Counted from the stretch's first letter, positions 1 through 10,952 are shown. The stretch is 64,000 nt of DNA from an uncultured candidate division Zixibacteria bacterium (GCA_963702205.1 OY969724.1:1664001-1728000); one strand, 5' to 3'. The notes: a model not told the origin generated them from the letters alone. Numbers and translations: made by a program.

Positions 1-1
1 G

Positions 2-1300
2 CAGCATTTCGCCTCAGTCCATACGGAAACGATCCCCGAGCGGATTCCACCGCTTCTTCAGAACGAACGGTACGATGTTATTTTGCTCGATATGAATTTC
101 GCGCGGGACGTTTCCAGCGGCGAAGAAGGGTTTTACTGGCTCGATCAGATCCTGTCGATAGACCCGACGGCCGTGATAGTACTCATTACTGCGTTTGGAG
201 ACGTCGATCTCGCAGTGCGGGCCATTAAAGCCGGTGCGACGGATTTCGTGCTCAAGCCGTGGCAGAACGAGAAATTGCTGGCGACACTTTCCTCGGCGAT
301 GAAACTCCACCATTCGAACGAGCAGGCGCGCGTCCTGACGGAAAGACAGCAGCACCTCGTCAGGACGCTTGACCAGCCATTCTCCGAATTCATCGGGGTC
401 AGCGCGGCAATGCGACAGGTGTTTGATACGATACAGCGGGTCGGGCCGACCGATGCCAATGTATTGATCCTCGGCGAAAACGGAACCGGCAAAGAGCTCG
501 TGGCGCGGGCGCTGCACCGGCAGTCGAAACGGGCCGACCAAATTTTTGTCGGAGTCGACATGGGTGCGGTGAGTGATACGCTGTTCGAAAGCGAATTTTT
601 CGGGCATGTCAAGGGAGCATTTACGGATGCGCGCGAGGACCGCGCCGGGCGGTTCGAACTGGCTTCGGGCGGGACCCTGTTTCTGGATGAAATCGGCAAC
701 CTGCCGCCGCGCATGCAGGCGAAACTTCTGACGGTGCTGCAGGAGCGAACGGTTGCCCGCCTCGGCTCGAACAAGACGACTCCCGTCGACATTCGGCTGG
801 TAAGTGCTACCAATATGCCGATCGAGGAGATGGTACAGCAGAACGAATTCAGGCAGGATCTGCTGTATCGTATTAATACGATTCAGATTGCCCTGCCGTC
901 GCTTCGGGAACGTCCCGATGACATCGCTCCCCTGGCCGAACATTTTTTGGGATTGTACTGCACGCGATATCATAAAACCCGGAAGCGGCTGTCGGCGGGA
1001 GCACTGAAAAGACTGGAGCATTATTCCTGGCCGGGCAACGTCCGCGAATTGCAGCACGCCATTGAACGCGCCGTGATAATGGCGGATAAAACCCTGCTCG
1101 GTCCCGGCGATTTTCCGTTGTACGATCAACGTGGGAAGGATATGAGGCTCGTGTTTCGTGAGCTGCATCTCGAAGAAGTGGAGAGGACGGTGATCCATAA
1201 AGTCCTGACCAAGCACGAAGGTAACCTGAGTCATGCCGCCAGGGAATTGGGGCTGTCGCGGGCGGCCCTTTATAGAAGAATTCAAAAATATGGCCTTTAA
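2..1300 (+). CDS. Sigma-54-dependent response regulator (NtrC family), 5' end outside window
   Basis: The frame is open from base 2 (QHFASV...YDVILLDMNF, receiver domain). It has Walker A GENGTGKE, the ESEFFGHVKGAFTDA (GAFTGA-like) motif, WPGNVREL and a C-terminal Fis HTH. Confidence 0.95.
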   Translation, partial: QHFASVHTETIPERIPPLLQNERYDVILLDMNFARDVSSGEEGFYWLDQILSIDPTAVIVLITAFGDVDLAVRAIKAGATDFVLKPWQNEKLLATLSSAMKLHHSNEQARVLTERQQHLVRTLDQPFSEFIGVSAAMRQVFDTIQRVGPTDANVLILGENGTGKELVARALHRQSKRADQIFVGVDMGAVSDTLFESEFFGHVKGAFTDAREDRAGRFELASGGTLFLDEIGNLPPRMQAKLLTVLQERTVARLGSNKTTPVDIRLVSATNMPIEEMVQQNEFRQDLLYRINTIQIALPSLRERPDDIAPLAEHFLGLYCTRYHKTRKRLSAGALKRLEHYSWPGNVRELQHAIERAVIMADKTLLGPGDFPLYDQRGKDMRLVFRELHLEEVERTVIHKVLTKHEGNLSHAARELGLSRAALYRRIQKYGL

Positions 1301-2651
1301 GCATTTTCGTATTCAGGTCATCGTACGTGTCGTGTGCCTGGCGCTCACCATGGCGGCACTGGGTTATGTCCTGGCCAAAACTTCGCTGGTCGCCACTCCG
1401 GTACTGCTCGGGGCTCTTGTTGTTTATCAAGTCTATGACCTGATTAATTTCGTCGATCGCACCAACCGCCAGTTGACCCGTTTTCTCGAAGCGATCCGAC
1501 ACCGCGATTTCTCACAATCGTTCGTGACCCTCGGGCTGGGACGGTCGTTCGAGGGACTTTCGACCGCTTTCTCGGAAGTTGCCGATGATTTCCGTCGGGC
1601 CCGAAGCGAAACGGAGGCGCAGTATCATTATCTTCAGACCCTGGTCGGGCATATCGGGGTCGGCGTCATTGCCTTTAAAGACGACGGCGACGTGGAGTTG
1701 ATTAACCATGCCGCCAGGAAGGTCCTGAATGTCAATTTTCTTAAAAACGTCGACCGCCTGAATGAACTGGCCCCGAATTTTTCCGAAACCGTACTAAATC
1801 TCGCGGCGGGCCAGCGGGTACTGGTTAAGGTCGCGGCCGATTATGATATTCAACAACTGGCGGTGCACGCTACCAAAATCAGGCGCGGCACCGAAATTCT
1901 CACGCTTATCTCGATACAAAATATCGGGTCGGAGCTGGCCGAGCAGGAAATGATCGCCTGGCAAAACCTGATTCGCGTCCTGACGCACGAGATCATGAAT
2001 TCGGTTACACCTATCGCGTCGCTGGCCGGATCGGTCAATGAGATGGTGCACGATGAACTGGAATCTATTCAGTTTCAAACAAGCGGTACCGTCAATTCGG
2101 AAGTGATGGCGGACCTTACCGGTGCGTTAACCACGATCGAGAAGCGAAGCCAGGGTCTGTTACATTTTGTTGAGGCCTATCGCAACCTGACTAAAATTCC
2201 CCGGCCGGAGTTTCGTTTTATCTCCGCGGCGGAACTGATCGTCCGCGTCCAGCGCCTGCTCGATAAACAGCTTTCCGACGAAAGCATCCGGATGACGACT
2301 GAAATAGACCCACCCGATCTCGAACTTGCGGCCGATCCGAATTTGATCGAACAGGTTCTGATAAATCTCGTGATAAATTCCATCCAGGCCTTAAAGGGTA
2401 GGGATGACGGGACCATTGCGGTCCACGCGCATATCGGTCGCGGCGGCAAGACGCTGATTGAAGTGATCGACAACGGCGCGGGCATAGTTGAGAGCGCCAT
2501 GGATAACCTGTTCATTCCATTCTTTACGACCAAGAAGGGCGGGACGGGTATCGGTCTGGCACTGGCCCGCCAGATAATGCGTCTGCACGGAGGTAATATT
2601 GTGGTTCGTTCGACACCCCACGAGCGAACCTGTTTCACTCTCAGCTTTTAA
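1290..2651 (+). CDS. Membrane sensor histidine kinase (NtrY-like, PAS + HATPase)
   Basis: Two N-terminal TM segments, H-box LTHEIMNS, N-box QVLINLVIN, G-boxes DNGAG and FFTTKKGGTGIGL. The ATG at 1290 overlaps the end of the regulator. Confidence 0.93.
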   Translation: MAFKHFRIQVIVRVVCLALTMAALGYVLAKTSLVATPVLLGALVVYQVYDLINFVDRTNRQLTRFLEAIRHRDFSQSFVTLGLGRSFEGLSTAFSEVADDFRRARSETEAQYHYLQTLVGHIGVGVIAFKDDGDVELINHAARKVLNVNFLKNVDRLNELAPNFSETVLNLAAGQRVLVKVAADYDIQQLAVHATKIRRGTEILTLISIQNIGSELAEQEMIAWQNLIRVLTHEIMNSVTPIASLAGSVNEMVHDELESIQFQTSGTVNSEVMADLTGALTTIEKRSQGLLHFVEAYRNLTKIPRPEFRFISAAELIVRVQRLLDKQLSDESIRMTTEIDPPDLELAADPNLIEQVLINLVINSIQALKGRDDGTIAVHAHIGRGGKTLIEVIDNGAGIVESAMDNLFIPFFTTKKGGTGIGLALARQIMRLHGGNIVVRSTPHERTCFTLSF

Positions 2652-2855
2652 TTCCAATGTTTGGCAGGTATTTTGGGGTTGCCAAGGGGGACGGCAAAGT
2701 GGTATTTTGATCTATCAAAATAGAAAAGAACGGGGGTCGCGGGATTGTGTGGTGAACACTGAAATCGAGCGGCCGGATAGATGTCAAATTCGCGGAAATT
2801 TCGACATGTTTATATTCCGCTATTTATAGCCGCTAACTATGAAAATGGAGAAAGC

Positions 2856-3203
2856 ATGGCATTTTCAGAGATCGAAAAAGACGGGTACGAGAAGCTGGTG
2901 GCCAAATATATCGAGCAGCGACGCCCGGCGAAAGAAATACGTGACAAAATAGACTTGGCATATCGCATTGGGGGACAAGATATAATTATATTGGAAATTC
3001 GCCCTTACATATTTGATCGAACCCGGAAAATTGAAACTGAGATTGCAAAGGCTACGTTTGTTCGCAAAAAAAATATATGGAAAGTCTACTGGATGCCGAG
3101 TGATTTAAAATGGCATAGTTATCAGCCCGAACCTACCGTCAAAACGCTCGCGAAATTTCTTGAGTTGGTCAATGAAGATAAAATGTGCTGCTTTTGGGGT
3201 TGA
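2856..3203 (+). CDS. DUF3024-like protein
   Basis: Motif IAKATFVRKKNIWKVYWMPSDLKWHSYQP is recognisable as this family. GGAG RBS precedes ATG 2856. Confidence 0.75.
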   Translation: MAFSEIEKDGYEKLVAKYIEQRRPAKEIRDKIDLAYRIGGQDIIILEIRPYIFDRTRKIETEIAKATFVRKKNIWKVYWMPSDLKWHSYQPEPTVKTLAKFLELVNEDKMCCFWG

Positions 3204-3205
3204 TC

Positions 3206-3706
3206 ATGACTGATTCGAAACGACGTAAAAAATCAGAAATTACCGATCAGAAATCGCGCCCGGTGTCGTTGGAGAAAATAATCGAGGGTATGGAGTTCCA
3301 GTCCGATTCGGTCCACGCATATTTTAATAAAGAGACCGGAGATATTGCGCTTGTTTCAGACGAATCTTTTAGGGCTCTTGATTCCGGAGAAGAAGAGGAC
3401 CCTGTGACCGGCGAACCTCTTGACGTTGTAAGGGAAATAGCCGATGGAAAATCATACCTGGCTTTACCGTCTCAATTCGAGATCAACGAGTATGAAATTA
3501 TGGAAAGCTTTGCCTTGTCTCAAAACGACCAGGCGGTGTCCCGGGCATTGCTTTTAATGTTACAGGGGAGTGGGGCCTTCCGCCGTTTTAAAACCTATGT
3601 TCACGAATTAGATTTGGCTGCAAACTGGTATGAATTTCGACGACGGGCTTATAAGCAAATAGCCATCGACTGGTGTGATGACAATCACCTGGCATATGAC
3701 CTCTAA
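3206..3706 (+). CDS. UPF0158-family protein
   Basis: Motifs YFNKETGDI, LPSQFEINEYEIMESF and GSGAFRRFK. Confidence 0.8.
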   Translation: MTDSKRRKKSEITDQKSRPVSLEKIIEGMEFQSDSVHAYFNKETGDIALVSDESFRALDSGEEEDPVTGEPLDVVREIADGKSYLALPSQFEINEYEIMESFALSQNDQAVSRALLLMLQGSGAFRRFKTYVHELDLAANWYEFRRRAYKQIAIDWCDDNHLAYDL

Positions 3707-3725
3707 TCAGGAAACCCACCCTGAA

Positions 3726-3816
3726 GGGCTTGTCGATAAAGTCACTATTATGTCCCGTCATGTCCCGATAAATCGGGGCGCACGACCTGCCGGGACGATG
3801 GATTCTCAACAAGCCC
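3726..3816. mobile_element. Possible small MITE-like element
   Basis: Imperfect terminal inverted repeats GGGCTTGTCGATAA / TTCTCAACAAGCCC enclose an internal hairpin (CCCGATAAATCGGG). There is no clear target duplication. Confidence 0.35.
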
Positions 3817-3817
3817 C

Positions 3818-4123
3818 TTGCTGTGGACGATCCGTCCCAGCTGCGGTATGCTGCACGGACCGCCGGGTGATGCCAGAAGTGATGGCAACGTCAAACTCAT
3901 AGATATATTATGGATCATCCAATATGTCTATGAAGGAGATTACGGTAACCCGCCCAATCCCAATGGATGCAACGGCCTGTTGGATGCCATGAGTGACGGC
4001 CAGTCCACGGTTCTTCCTCAGGTTAATCTGATTGATATATTGCATTTGATCGATCATATTTACGAACCCAACGACCCGACCAATCCCCCGTCTTGCTGCC
4101 CTCCGGATTGTCAGATACCGTAA
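3818..4123 (+). pseudogene. Orphan dockerin-like domain (probable 3' remnant of a larger secreted-protein gene)
   Basis: Duplicated GDARSDGNVKLIDILWII / DAMSDG...VNLIDILHLI segments resemble the dockerins at 58100-58300 and 61380-61580. No signal peptide or convincing RBS. Confidence 0.6.
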
Positions 4124-4348
4124 TTGGAATTGTTGCTCTGATACGAATTGGAAGCCGGAAACGGCTTTCCGCATTTTTATGTACGGCGAAAAATTCCGAT
4201 TCAGACGGGATTATTCTGTCTACAATAAGAATATTCTACGGAATTGTATAATAATCTATTACGTGGACCCAATTAGTATAATAAGGCTTAATTGTGGCAT
4301 TGTTGTATAATGCTGCTGGGCAAGACTATACGTATATTTAGGCGTTAT

Positions 4349-4364
4349 TGGCATATCGTTTGTA
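4349..4364 (+). promoter_or_regulatory. Candidate sigma-54 (-24/-12) promoter, -12 variant
   Basis: TGGCATATCGTTTGTA: GG-N10-GT instead of GG-N10-GC, about 37 nt upstream of ATG 4401. Confidence 0.4.
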
Positions 4365-4400
4365 AAACAAATAGTGGAAACTTTTAACAAGGAGGTCGAA

Positions 4401-4859
4401 ATGAAAAGGGCAAGCATGACCTTGATCCTGGCGGTCCTTCTTACCTTCGGGCTGGTTACGTACGCAGCCGCCCATATGATGGGAGATGAAGATGGCCATA
4501 TGAGGGGAGACGACAATTCGGCCTTTGATTACGGCTATATGGGTCCGGATATGATGGACGGATACGGTTACGGATATGGATATGGGATGACGGGGTTCAT
4601 GTCGCAAATGGATACCGCGCTGAACGGCATGTCATACAACAGCACGAAAATGAACCAGGAATTCAATTCGTTCGAGTCCCAATATCGGAAAATGATGAAG
4701 ATGCAGGATATCAACCAAATCAAGACGGAAATGACCAGGCTGTATAACCAGATGCAGGCGATGCATCACGGATTAAAGCAGCAGCAGACAATGAGCGAGA
4801 ACGCACTCTCAATAATGAACAACCGTTACCAGGACGGATTCATGGGGCCGAATATGTAG
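4401..4859 (+). CDS. Exported Met/His-rich protein, putative metal-binding
   Basis: AAGGAGG RBS, signal peptide MKRASMTLILAVLLTFGLVTYAAA, very Met-rich mature part. First gene of the copper cluster. Confidence 0.75.
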   Translation: MKRASMTLILAVLLTFGLVTYAAAHMMGDEDGHMRGDDNSAFDYGYMGPDMMDGYGYGYGYGMTGFMSQMDTALNGMSYNSTKMNQEFNSFESQYRKMMKMQDINQIKTEMTRLYNQMQAMHHGLKQQQTMSENALSIMNNRYQDGFMGPNM

Positions 4860-4980
4860 GGATATAACTTGTCGCCGAAGGCCACTATGACAGTTAAGAC
4901 CGATACCGGCCGAGACGATCTTTCGAGACCGTGCCCGGCCGGAAACGGCGGCGGGTCGATTTTAAAGGAGGTGACGGAAA

Positions 4981-5220
4981 ATGCATTACGGATTGGGTGG
5001 ATACGGAGGTTTCGGAAGTTTCGGAGGCTTGGGTATGATTCTCTTCTGGATTGCGCTGGTGATTGTGGTTATAGTCGTGCTGAGAATGTTTAGCGGTAAG
5101 TCGGAAAACAGGCCGTCGAATCCCGGAACTCCGATGGATGTCCTCAAGCGGCGCTACGCTTCGGGTGAAATAGACCGGGACGAATTTGAACAAAAGAAAC
5201 ACGATCTTGTTGGAAAGTAA
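4981..5220 (+). CDS. SHOCT-domain membrane protein
   Basis: Gly-rich N-terminus, one TM segment, PMDVLKRRYASGEIDRDEFEQKK. AAGGAGG RBS. Confidence 0.85.
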   Translation: MHYGLGGYGGFGSFGGLGMILFWIALVIVVIVVLRMFSGKSENRPSNPGTPMDVLKRRYASGEIDRDEFEQKKHDLVGK

Positions 5221-5250
5221 AAATGAAGCATAAAACGGGAGAACATAAAA

Positions 5251-5562
5251 ATGACATACAAAGACCCGATATGCGGAATGACCGTCGAAGATACCTCGCC
5301 GCATCGGCTTGAGGTGGACGGTCGGCAGATTTATTTCTGCAGCGACGATTGTAAAAAGAAGTACCTGGAATCGCGGAAAACTGCGGGTCAGGAATTGAAA
5401 GACCCGGTTTGTGGCATGGACGTTACGTCAGACAGCCCACACCATTTTGAATACGAAAACACTACTTATTATTTCTGCTGCGCCGGGTGTCGCAATAAAT
5501 TCGCCGATAACCCCGGGAAGTATGCCAACGCCGAAAGCCACCACCACGCCGGACATCATTAG
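5251..5562 (+). CDS. Twin YHS/TRASH-domain protein
   Basis: Two DP(I/V)CGM...YFC..C motifs and a His-rich tail. Confidence 0.88.
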   Translation: MTYKDPICGMTVEDTSPHRLEVDGRQIYFCSDDCKKKYLESRKTAGQELKDPVCGMDVTSDSPHHFEYENTTYYFCCAGCRNKFADNPGKYANAESHHHAGHH

Positions 5563-5656
5563 CATTGTTTTTGTGGTTTTCGCGTAGAAATGGAAATACT
5601 TTTGGAGACACCGGGGACAGTCGACCGGCTGTGTGCACGAGAAGGAGTATGGTAAG

Positions 5657-8317
5657 ATGACTTATACGGATCCGGTTTGCGGAATGACGGTAGAGGATAC
5701 GTCGCCACATCGACAGGAAGTCAATGGGGAGACATTTTATTTTTGCTGTGCAGGCTGCAAAAATAAATTCATGGAATCTCATAGGGAACAGCCTCAGGAA
5801 TTAATAGACCCCGTTTGCGGCATGACAGTCAAGCCGAACAGCCCTCATCATTTCGAGTATAAAAACACGACCTATTACTTCTGTTGCGCCGGATGCCGTG
5901 ACAAATTCGCGGCCGATCCAGAGAAATACCTTGAAAAAGACGACAATCATGACGGCGATGGTGTCGGTAGTGCCGGGCACGGGGATCATCACGGCCATAT
6001 GCATCATGACGAGCACGGCGGTCATCACGAACATTCGCACGGAGGCGGTGGCACGGCCACGGCTGTGGCGGAAAAATCATCGGCCGCCATGTATACCTGC
6101 CCCATGCACCCTGAGGAAAAAAAGCAGGGCCCCGGTGATTGCACCAGGTGCGGCATGGCGCTGGAACCGGTGACAGCGGCGGCCCCGTCGCAGAAGACCG
6201 AATACACCTGCCCGATGCACCCTGAAGTAGTGCAGGACCGTCCCGGTATCTGTCCCAAGTGCGGCATGGCGCTGGAAGCTCGCACGGTAACGGTCGAGGA
6301 AGAAGAAAATCCCGAACTGCGCGATATGTCGCAGCGGTTCTTTATCAGTCTCGTGCTATCCATCCCGCTTTTGTTCATAGCTATGGGCGACCTGATTCCG
6401 GGTATACACGGCTGGCTGCAATTGTACGCCAGCGCGCATGTCATCACTATAATAGAATTGGTGCTCGCCACACCGGTCGTGCTTTGGTGTGGCTGGCCGT
6501 TTTTCGTGAGAGGTTACCGATCTATCATCAACCGCAGTCCGAACATGTTCACCTTGATCGGGCTGGGTATCGGGGTGGCGTATACGTACAGCCTGATCGC
6601 GGCGCTGTTTCCGGGTATTTTCCCGGCCGCATTCAGGAGTGAATCCGGTACTGTCAGCGTCTATTTCGAAGCCGCTGCGGTGATCACGACCCTCGTGCTG
6701 TTGGGTCAGGTCCTGGAACTTCGTGCCCGCAGCCGGACCGGAGCGGCCATAAAGGCGCTCCTGGGTCTGGCTCCCAAAACGGCCCGGCGTGTGAATGACG
6801 ATGGCTCGGAAGAAGATATCCCGCTCGATCAGGTACAAATTGACGATAACCTGCGGGTGCGTCCCGGTGAAAAAGTGCCGGTCGACGGGTCGGTGGTCGA
6901 AGGCAGTAGTTCGGTCGATGAATCGATGATTACCGGTGAACCGATCCCGATAGAAAAATCTCCGGGCGACCGGGTGATCGGCGCGACCGTCAACGGGACC
7001 GGTTCGATAATTATCAAGGCCGAAAAAATCGGGTCGGATACGCTGCTGGCGCAGATAGTACAAATGGTGGCCGACGCCCAGCGAAGCCGGGCCCCGATAC
7101 AAAAAATGGCCGACGTGGTTGCGGCGTACTTCGTACCGACCGTGGTGGCGGTCGCGGTCATCACGTTTATTATCTGGGCGACGGTGGGGCCCGATCCGAA
7201 ATTGACCCACGCCCTGATTAACGCCGTCGCGGTACTGATAATCGCCTGCCCGTGCGCTCTCGGACTGGCGACGCCGATGTCGATCATGGTCGCGAGCGGC
7301 CGGGGAGCGGCAGTCGGTGTGCTTTTCAAGAACGCCGAAGCGATCGAAGTTTTGCGCAAGGTCGACACGCTGGTACTGGACAAGACCGGGACGCTCACTC
7401 TGGGTAAACCCAAACTGGTCTCGGTGTTTGCGGCGGATTCTCATAACGAAGAGAGTCTTCTGGAGGCCGTCGCCGGTCTGGAAAAAGGCAGTGAACATCC
7501 TCTCGCGGCTGCGATAGTGGATGGAGCGGCCGACCGGGGTGTCTCGCCCAAACGCGCCGAAAATTTCGAATCGATTACCGGTAAGGGCGTGATAGGCACA
7601 ATCGACGGCAGGCAGGTGGCCCTCGGCAACCGGTCGCTTCTCGAACAATTGAAAATCGATTTAAGCTCACTGGCCGGCAAGGCCGAAGAAATGCGGCGGG
7701 AAGGACAGACCGCGATGTTCGTTGCCATCGGCGGAAAAGTGGCGGGATTGGTTGGTGTCGCCGACCCGATCAAAGAGACAACCCCGGATGCGATCAAACA
7801 GCTGCACGCCGAGGGCATCAGCGTCGTCATGCTCACCGGCGACAGCAAGGTCACGGCCCAGGCGGTCGCGGACAAACTTGGAATCGATGAAGTTATCGCC
7901 GAAGTATTACCAAACCAAAAGGCCGAAGCGGTGAAGCATCTGCAGGACCGGGGGAAATTTGTTGCGATGGCGGGTGACGGTATTAACGACGCCCCGGCCC
8001 TGGCACAGGCACAGGTGGGTATCGCAATGGGAACCGGAACCGACGTGGCGATGGAAAGCGCGGGCGTGACACTGGTTAAGGGTGACTTAAGAGGGATTAT
8101 CCGGGCGCTCAAGCTCAGCCGGTTGACCATTCGCAATATCAAACAAAATCTGTTTCTGGCGTTCGTTTATAATTCGATCGGCGTGCCGGTCGCGGCGGGC
8201 ATATTGTATCCGTTTTTCGGTATTCTGCTGAGTCCGATTATCGCAGCGGCGGCGATGAGTTTCAGCTCGGTATCGGTCGTGAGCAATGCTCTCAGGCTCC
8301 GTCGGGCGAACGTTTAA
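5657..8317 (+). CDS. copA: Cu(I)-exporting P1B-type ATPase with 2 YHS domains, His-rich linker and 2 YTCPMHP domains
   Basis: CPC in the TM region, DKTGT phosphorylation site, [18 protein letters not shown] and MSFSS metal ligands. GAAGGAG RBS precedes ATG 5657. Confidence 0.95.
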   Translation: MTYTDPVCGMTVEDTSPHRQEVNGETFYFCCAGCKNKFMESHREQPQELIDPVCGMTVKPNSPHHFEYKNTTYYFCCAGCRDKFAADPEKYLEKDDNHDGDGVGSAGHGDHHGHMHHDEHGGHHEHSHGGGGTATAVAEKSSAAMYTCPMHPEEKKQGPGDCTRCGMALEPVTAAAPSQKTEYTCPMHPEVVQDRPGICPKCGMALEARTVTVEEEENPELRDMSQRFFISLVLSIPLLFIAMGDLIPGIHGWLQLYASAHVITIIELVLATPVVLWCGWPFFVRGYRSIINRSPNMFTLIGLGIGVAYTYSLIAALFPGIFPAAFRSESGTVSVYFEAAAVITTLVLLGQVLELRARSRTGAAIKALLGLAPKTARRVNDDGSEEDIPLDQVQIDDNLRVRPGEKVPVDGSVVEGSSSVDESMITGEPIPIEKSPGDRVIGATVNGTGSIIIKAEKIGSDTLLAQIVQMVADAQRSRAPIQKMADVVAAYFVPTVVAVAVITFIIWATVGPDPKLTHALINAVAVLIIACPCALGLATPMSIMVASGRGAAVGVLFKNAEAIEVLRKVDTLVLDKTGTLTLGKPKLVSVFAADSHNEESLLEAVAGLEKGSEHPLAAAIVDGAADRGVSPKRAENFESITGKGVIGTIDGRQVALGNRSLLEQLKIDLSSLAGKAEEMRREGQTAMFVAIGGKVAGLVGVADPIKETTPDAIKQLHAEGISVVMLTGDSKVTAQAVADKLGIDEVIAEVLPNQKAEAVKHLQDRGKFVAMAGDGINDAPALAQAQVGIAMGTGTDVAMESAGVTLVKGDLRGIIRALKLSRLTIRNIKQNLFLAFVYNSIGVPVAAGILYPFFGILLSPIIAAAAMSFSSVSVVSNALRLRRANV

Positions 8318-8393
8318 CGTCCCGGCATTTTCGCGCATGAGATAAAAAAAATTCTGATTGAAATTCCCGGTGCTTGTCGTAGATTGACCCGTG

Positions 8394-9257
8394 ATGGGTA
8401 TATTGGAAAAATCCGAGAAACTGCCGATAGATAGGCGATATTTTAATGTCTCCATCATCTGGATTTTCTATTTCAGGATTGTACTCAGGGCCCTGTACTA
8501 TCTGAAAATACCGCATGAAACTGTCACGGGGCTTTCCATTACGTTCGGGCTGGTTTCCGCCGGGCTATTTTATTACGGACATTATATCCTCGCGGCAATT
8601 TTTCTGCATTTCAAAGATATATTCGATGCCTGCGACGGTGCCCTGGCGCGTCTTACCGGGCGCGGTCATTTGGTCGGCAGGTATCTTGACTCGCTGGGCG
8701 ATTTTCTGGTTCTGTCCGCGGTTGTCTGGACGATCGCAATAAGAACGATGCAGACCGGCGCCATAAATTTTGCGATTTGGGCCGCGGCGGCCCAGCTTTC
8801 GATCTTTATCCAGTGTTCGTTTTTCAATTTCTATCAACTGGCCTATCTGGAACAGTACGGGTCGGACCGTCTGATTTCGAAAAAAGACGAAGTGCACAGA
8901 GACGATCTTAACGCTCAATATAGAAGTTCGGTAAGCAGGTTCGCCCTAAAACTCCTCCGGTTGCTATATATCGTTATTTATGGCTGGCAGGATAAATTCG
9001 TAGCGTTGGTCGACCGCTTTGCACTAAAATTAAGCGGCAAGCGTGGTAAGGTGCAGTGGTACGGTTCCAAAACCGCCATGACGCTTATTTCGCCGCTTTG
9101 TTTCGGGACACATATATTTATCATAATCGCATGTACATTATTGGGTCATCCGGAAATACCATTGAAGATCATAATAATCTTTATGAATTTGTATCTATTT
9201 TTATTTATGATCGGTAAAATTCTTTTTTCCCGATTCTATTCCTCGGATAACAGATAA
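8394..9257 (+). CDS. CDP-alcohol phosphatidyltransferase family protein
   Basis: Signature DIFDACDGALARLTG...GRYLDSLGD and multiple TM segments. Confidence 0.88.
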   Translation: MGILEKSEKLPIDRRYFNVSIIWIFYFRIVLRALYYLKIPHETVTGLSITFGLVSAGLFYYGHYILAAIFLHFKDIFDACDGALARLTGRGHLVGRYLDSLGDFLVLSAVVWTIAIRTMQTGAINFAIWAAAAQLSIFIQCSFFNFYQLAYLEQYGSDRLISKKDEVHRDDLNAQYRSSVSRFALKLLRLLYIVIYGWQDKFVALVDRFALKLSGKRGKVQWYGSKTAMTLISPLCFGTHIFIIIACTLLGHPEIPLKIIIIFMNLYLFLFMIGKILFSRFYSSDNR

Positions 9258-9407
9258 ATGTGAATAAAAAAGACCATATTACACCTCTAATTTTCATATT
9301 TCGATGAACCTTAATTGCATAAATTTCGTGTAATATTTATATTGGGCTAATGATGTGCCCGCTGCTGAAGATTAATGTATCAAATATAATGTGGAGAGGG
9401 TATTTCC

Positions 9408-10952
9408 ATGAAAGAGATTTCCCGAAGAAAATTCATCCAAGTCGGAGCAGGAGGACTGGCGTTGGTATCTATTCCTTACTTTTTTAACGCTATTGCGCTG
9501 TTCGCCATGACCGGTCCCAACCCGCAGGACGCGTCGCTGTCCGATTTTATGGAACATTTTGAAGTCGACGAGAAAATTATCAAAGACGTCATTTCCGCCG
9601 CTTTGGAAAAAGGCGGTGATTATTGCGACGTCTATTTCGAGCACTCCATAAGCGGCAGCATCGGGCTGGAAGACGACATCGTCAATCGGGCCTATACCGG
9701 CGTCGCGCTGGGTGTCGGCATCCGGGTGCTGGAAGGCGATCAGACCGGGTATTCGTTCACGGAGGATCTGACTCCGGGGGCGATGATTCTCGCGGCGAAG
9801 ACGGCTTCGAATATCGCCCACGATAAGCGCGAAGTCGGTTCCGTCGAATACAAGAGCAGCGAAAAGCCCAACTATTATGAAATAGAAACGCCATCGGAGG
9901 ACGTCGGCATCGACAAAAAGGTGCAGCTCCTCAAGACCATCAACGAAAAAGTCAAGGCGCTCGACAGCCGGATAATCAAATCTCAGGTTTACATGAGCAA
10001 TAGTGCGTCCTACCTGCTGATGGCGACGTCGGATGGACGGATCGCGCACGATTATCAGCCGATGTTTTATATCAATGCCGGATGCACCGCCGAATTCGAC
10101 GGCCGCAAAGAGAAAAACGGGTTCGATCTTTCGGGACGTTACGGCATGGAATTTATCGATGATAAAAACGTCGACCGTGTCGCCTCTGAAGCTGTGAAAA
10201 GGACCATCGCTCTGTTCGAAGCGGGCAAACCTCCGGCGGGTGAGATGGAATTGATCCTGGCGGCGGGGAGTTCCGGCATTCTGCTGCACGAAGCCATCGG
10301 ACACGGCATGGAGGCCGACTTCAACCGCAAAAACGAATCGATCTTTTCCGATAAAATCGGCAAGGCGGTCGCCGAGAAATTCGTGACAATCGTCGACAAC
10401 GGCACCAACCCCAATATGCGCGGTTCGATCAACGTCGATGATGAAGCCAACGGCACCCAGGAAACGGTCATGGTGCGCGACGGCATTCTCGAAAGCTACC
10501 TGCACGATCGGATCAGTTCCAACTTTTACGGCGTCAAACCGACCGGGAGCGGGCGGAGAGAATCGTTCCGCTATGCGCCGATTCCGCGTATGAGAAATAC
10601 CTATATGCTCAATGGTCCGCATTCTAAAGACGAAATCGTCAAGAGCGTCAGGAAAGGTATCATCGCCGAGACCTTCACCAACGGTGAAGTGCGCATCGGC
10701 CCGGGAGATTTCACGTTTTATGTCAAGTCGGGCTATCTGGTCGAAGACGGCAAAGTGACGATGCCGATCAAGGATTTCAATATCATCGGCAACGGTCCCG
10801 ATGTGCTCAGCAAAGTCACGATGGTGGCGGACGACCTGCAAATGGCGGAAGGTGGCTGGACCTGCGGCAAATCCGGACAGAGCGTTCCGGTTTCGATGGG
10901 TCTGCCGACAGTGAAGGTGTCATCCATCACGGTCGGTGGTGTTAATTCATAA
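9408..10952 (+). CDS. tldD: TldD metalloprotease with twin-arginine-like N-terminus
   Basis: HEAIGHGMEAD zinc motif, PRMRNT, CGKSGQSVPV. N-terminus ISRRKFIQ followed by a hydrophobic stretch. Confidence 0.93.
   Translation: MKEISRRKFIQVGAGGLALVSIPYFFNAIALFAMTGPNPQDASLSDFMEHFEVDEKIIKDVISAALEKGGDYCDVYFEHSISGSIGLEDDIVNRAYTGVALGVGIRVLEGDQTGYSFTEDLTPGAMILAAKTASNIAHDKREVGSVEYKSSEKPNYYEIETPSEDVGIDKKVQLLKTINEKVKALDSRIIKSQVYMSNSASYLLMATSDGRIAHDYQPMFYINAGCTAEFDGRKEKNGFDLSGRYGMEFIDDKNVDRVASEAVKRTIALFEAGKPPAGEMELILAAGSSGILLHEAIGHGMEADFNRKNESIFSDKIGKAVAEKFVTIVDNGTNPNMRGSINVDDEANGTQETVMVRDGILESYLHDRISSNFYGVKPTGSGRRESFRYAPIPRMRNTYMLNGPHSKDEIVKSVRKGIIAETFTNGEVRIGPGDFTFYVKSGYLVEDGKVTMPIKDFNIIGNGPDVLSKVTMVADDLQMAEGGWTCGKSGQSVPVSMGLPTVKVSSITVGGVNS

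Noticed and set aside
14..1285. 423-aa minus-strand ORF, plus other long antisense ORFs (6356-7648, 9372-10841, 23425-24492, 48159-49412, 50956-52437)
   Set aside because: These are shadows of well-supported genes on the opposite strand and carry no recognisable motifs.
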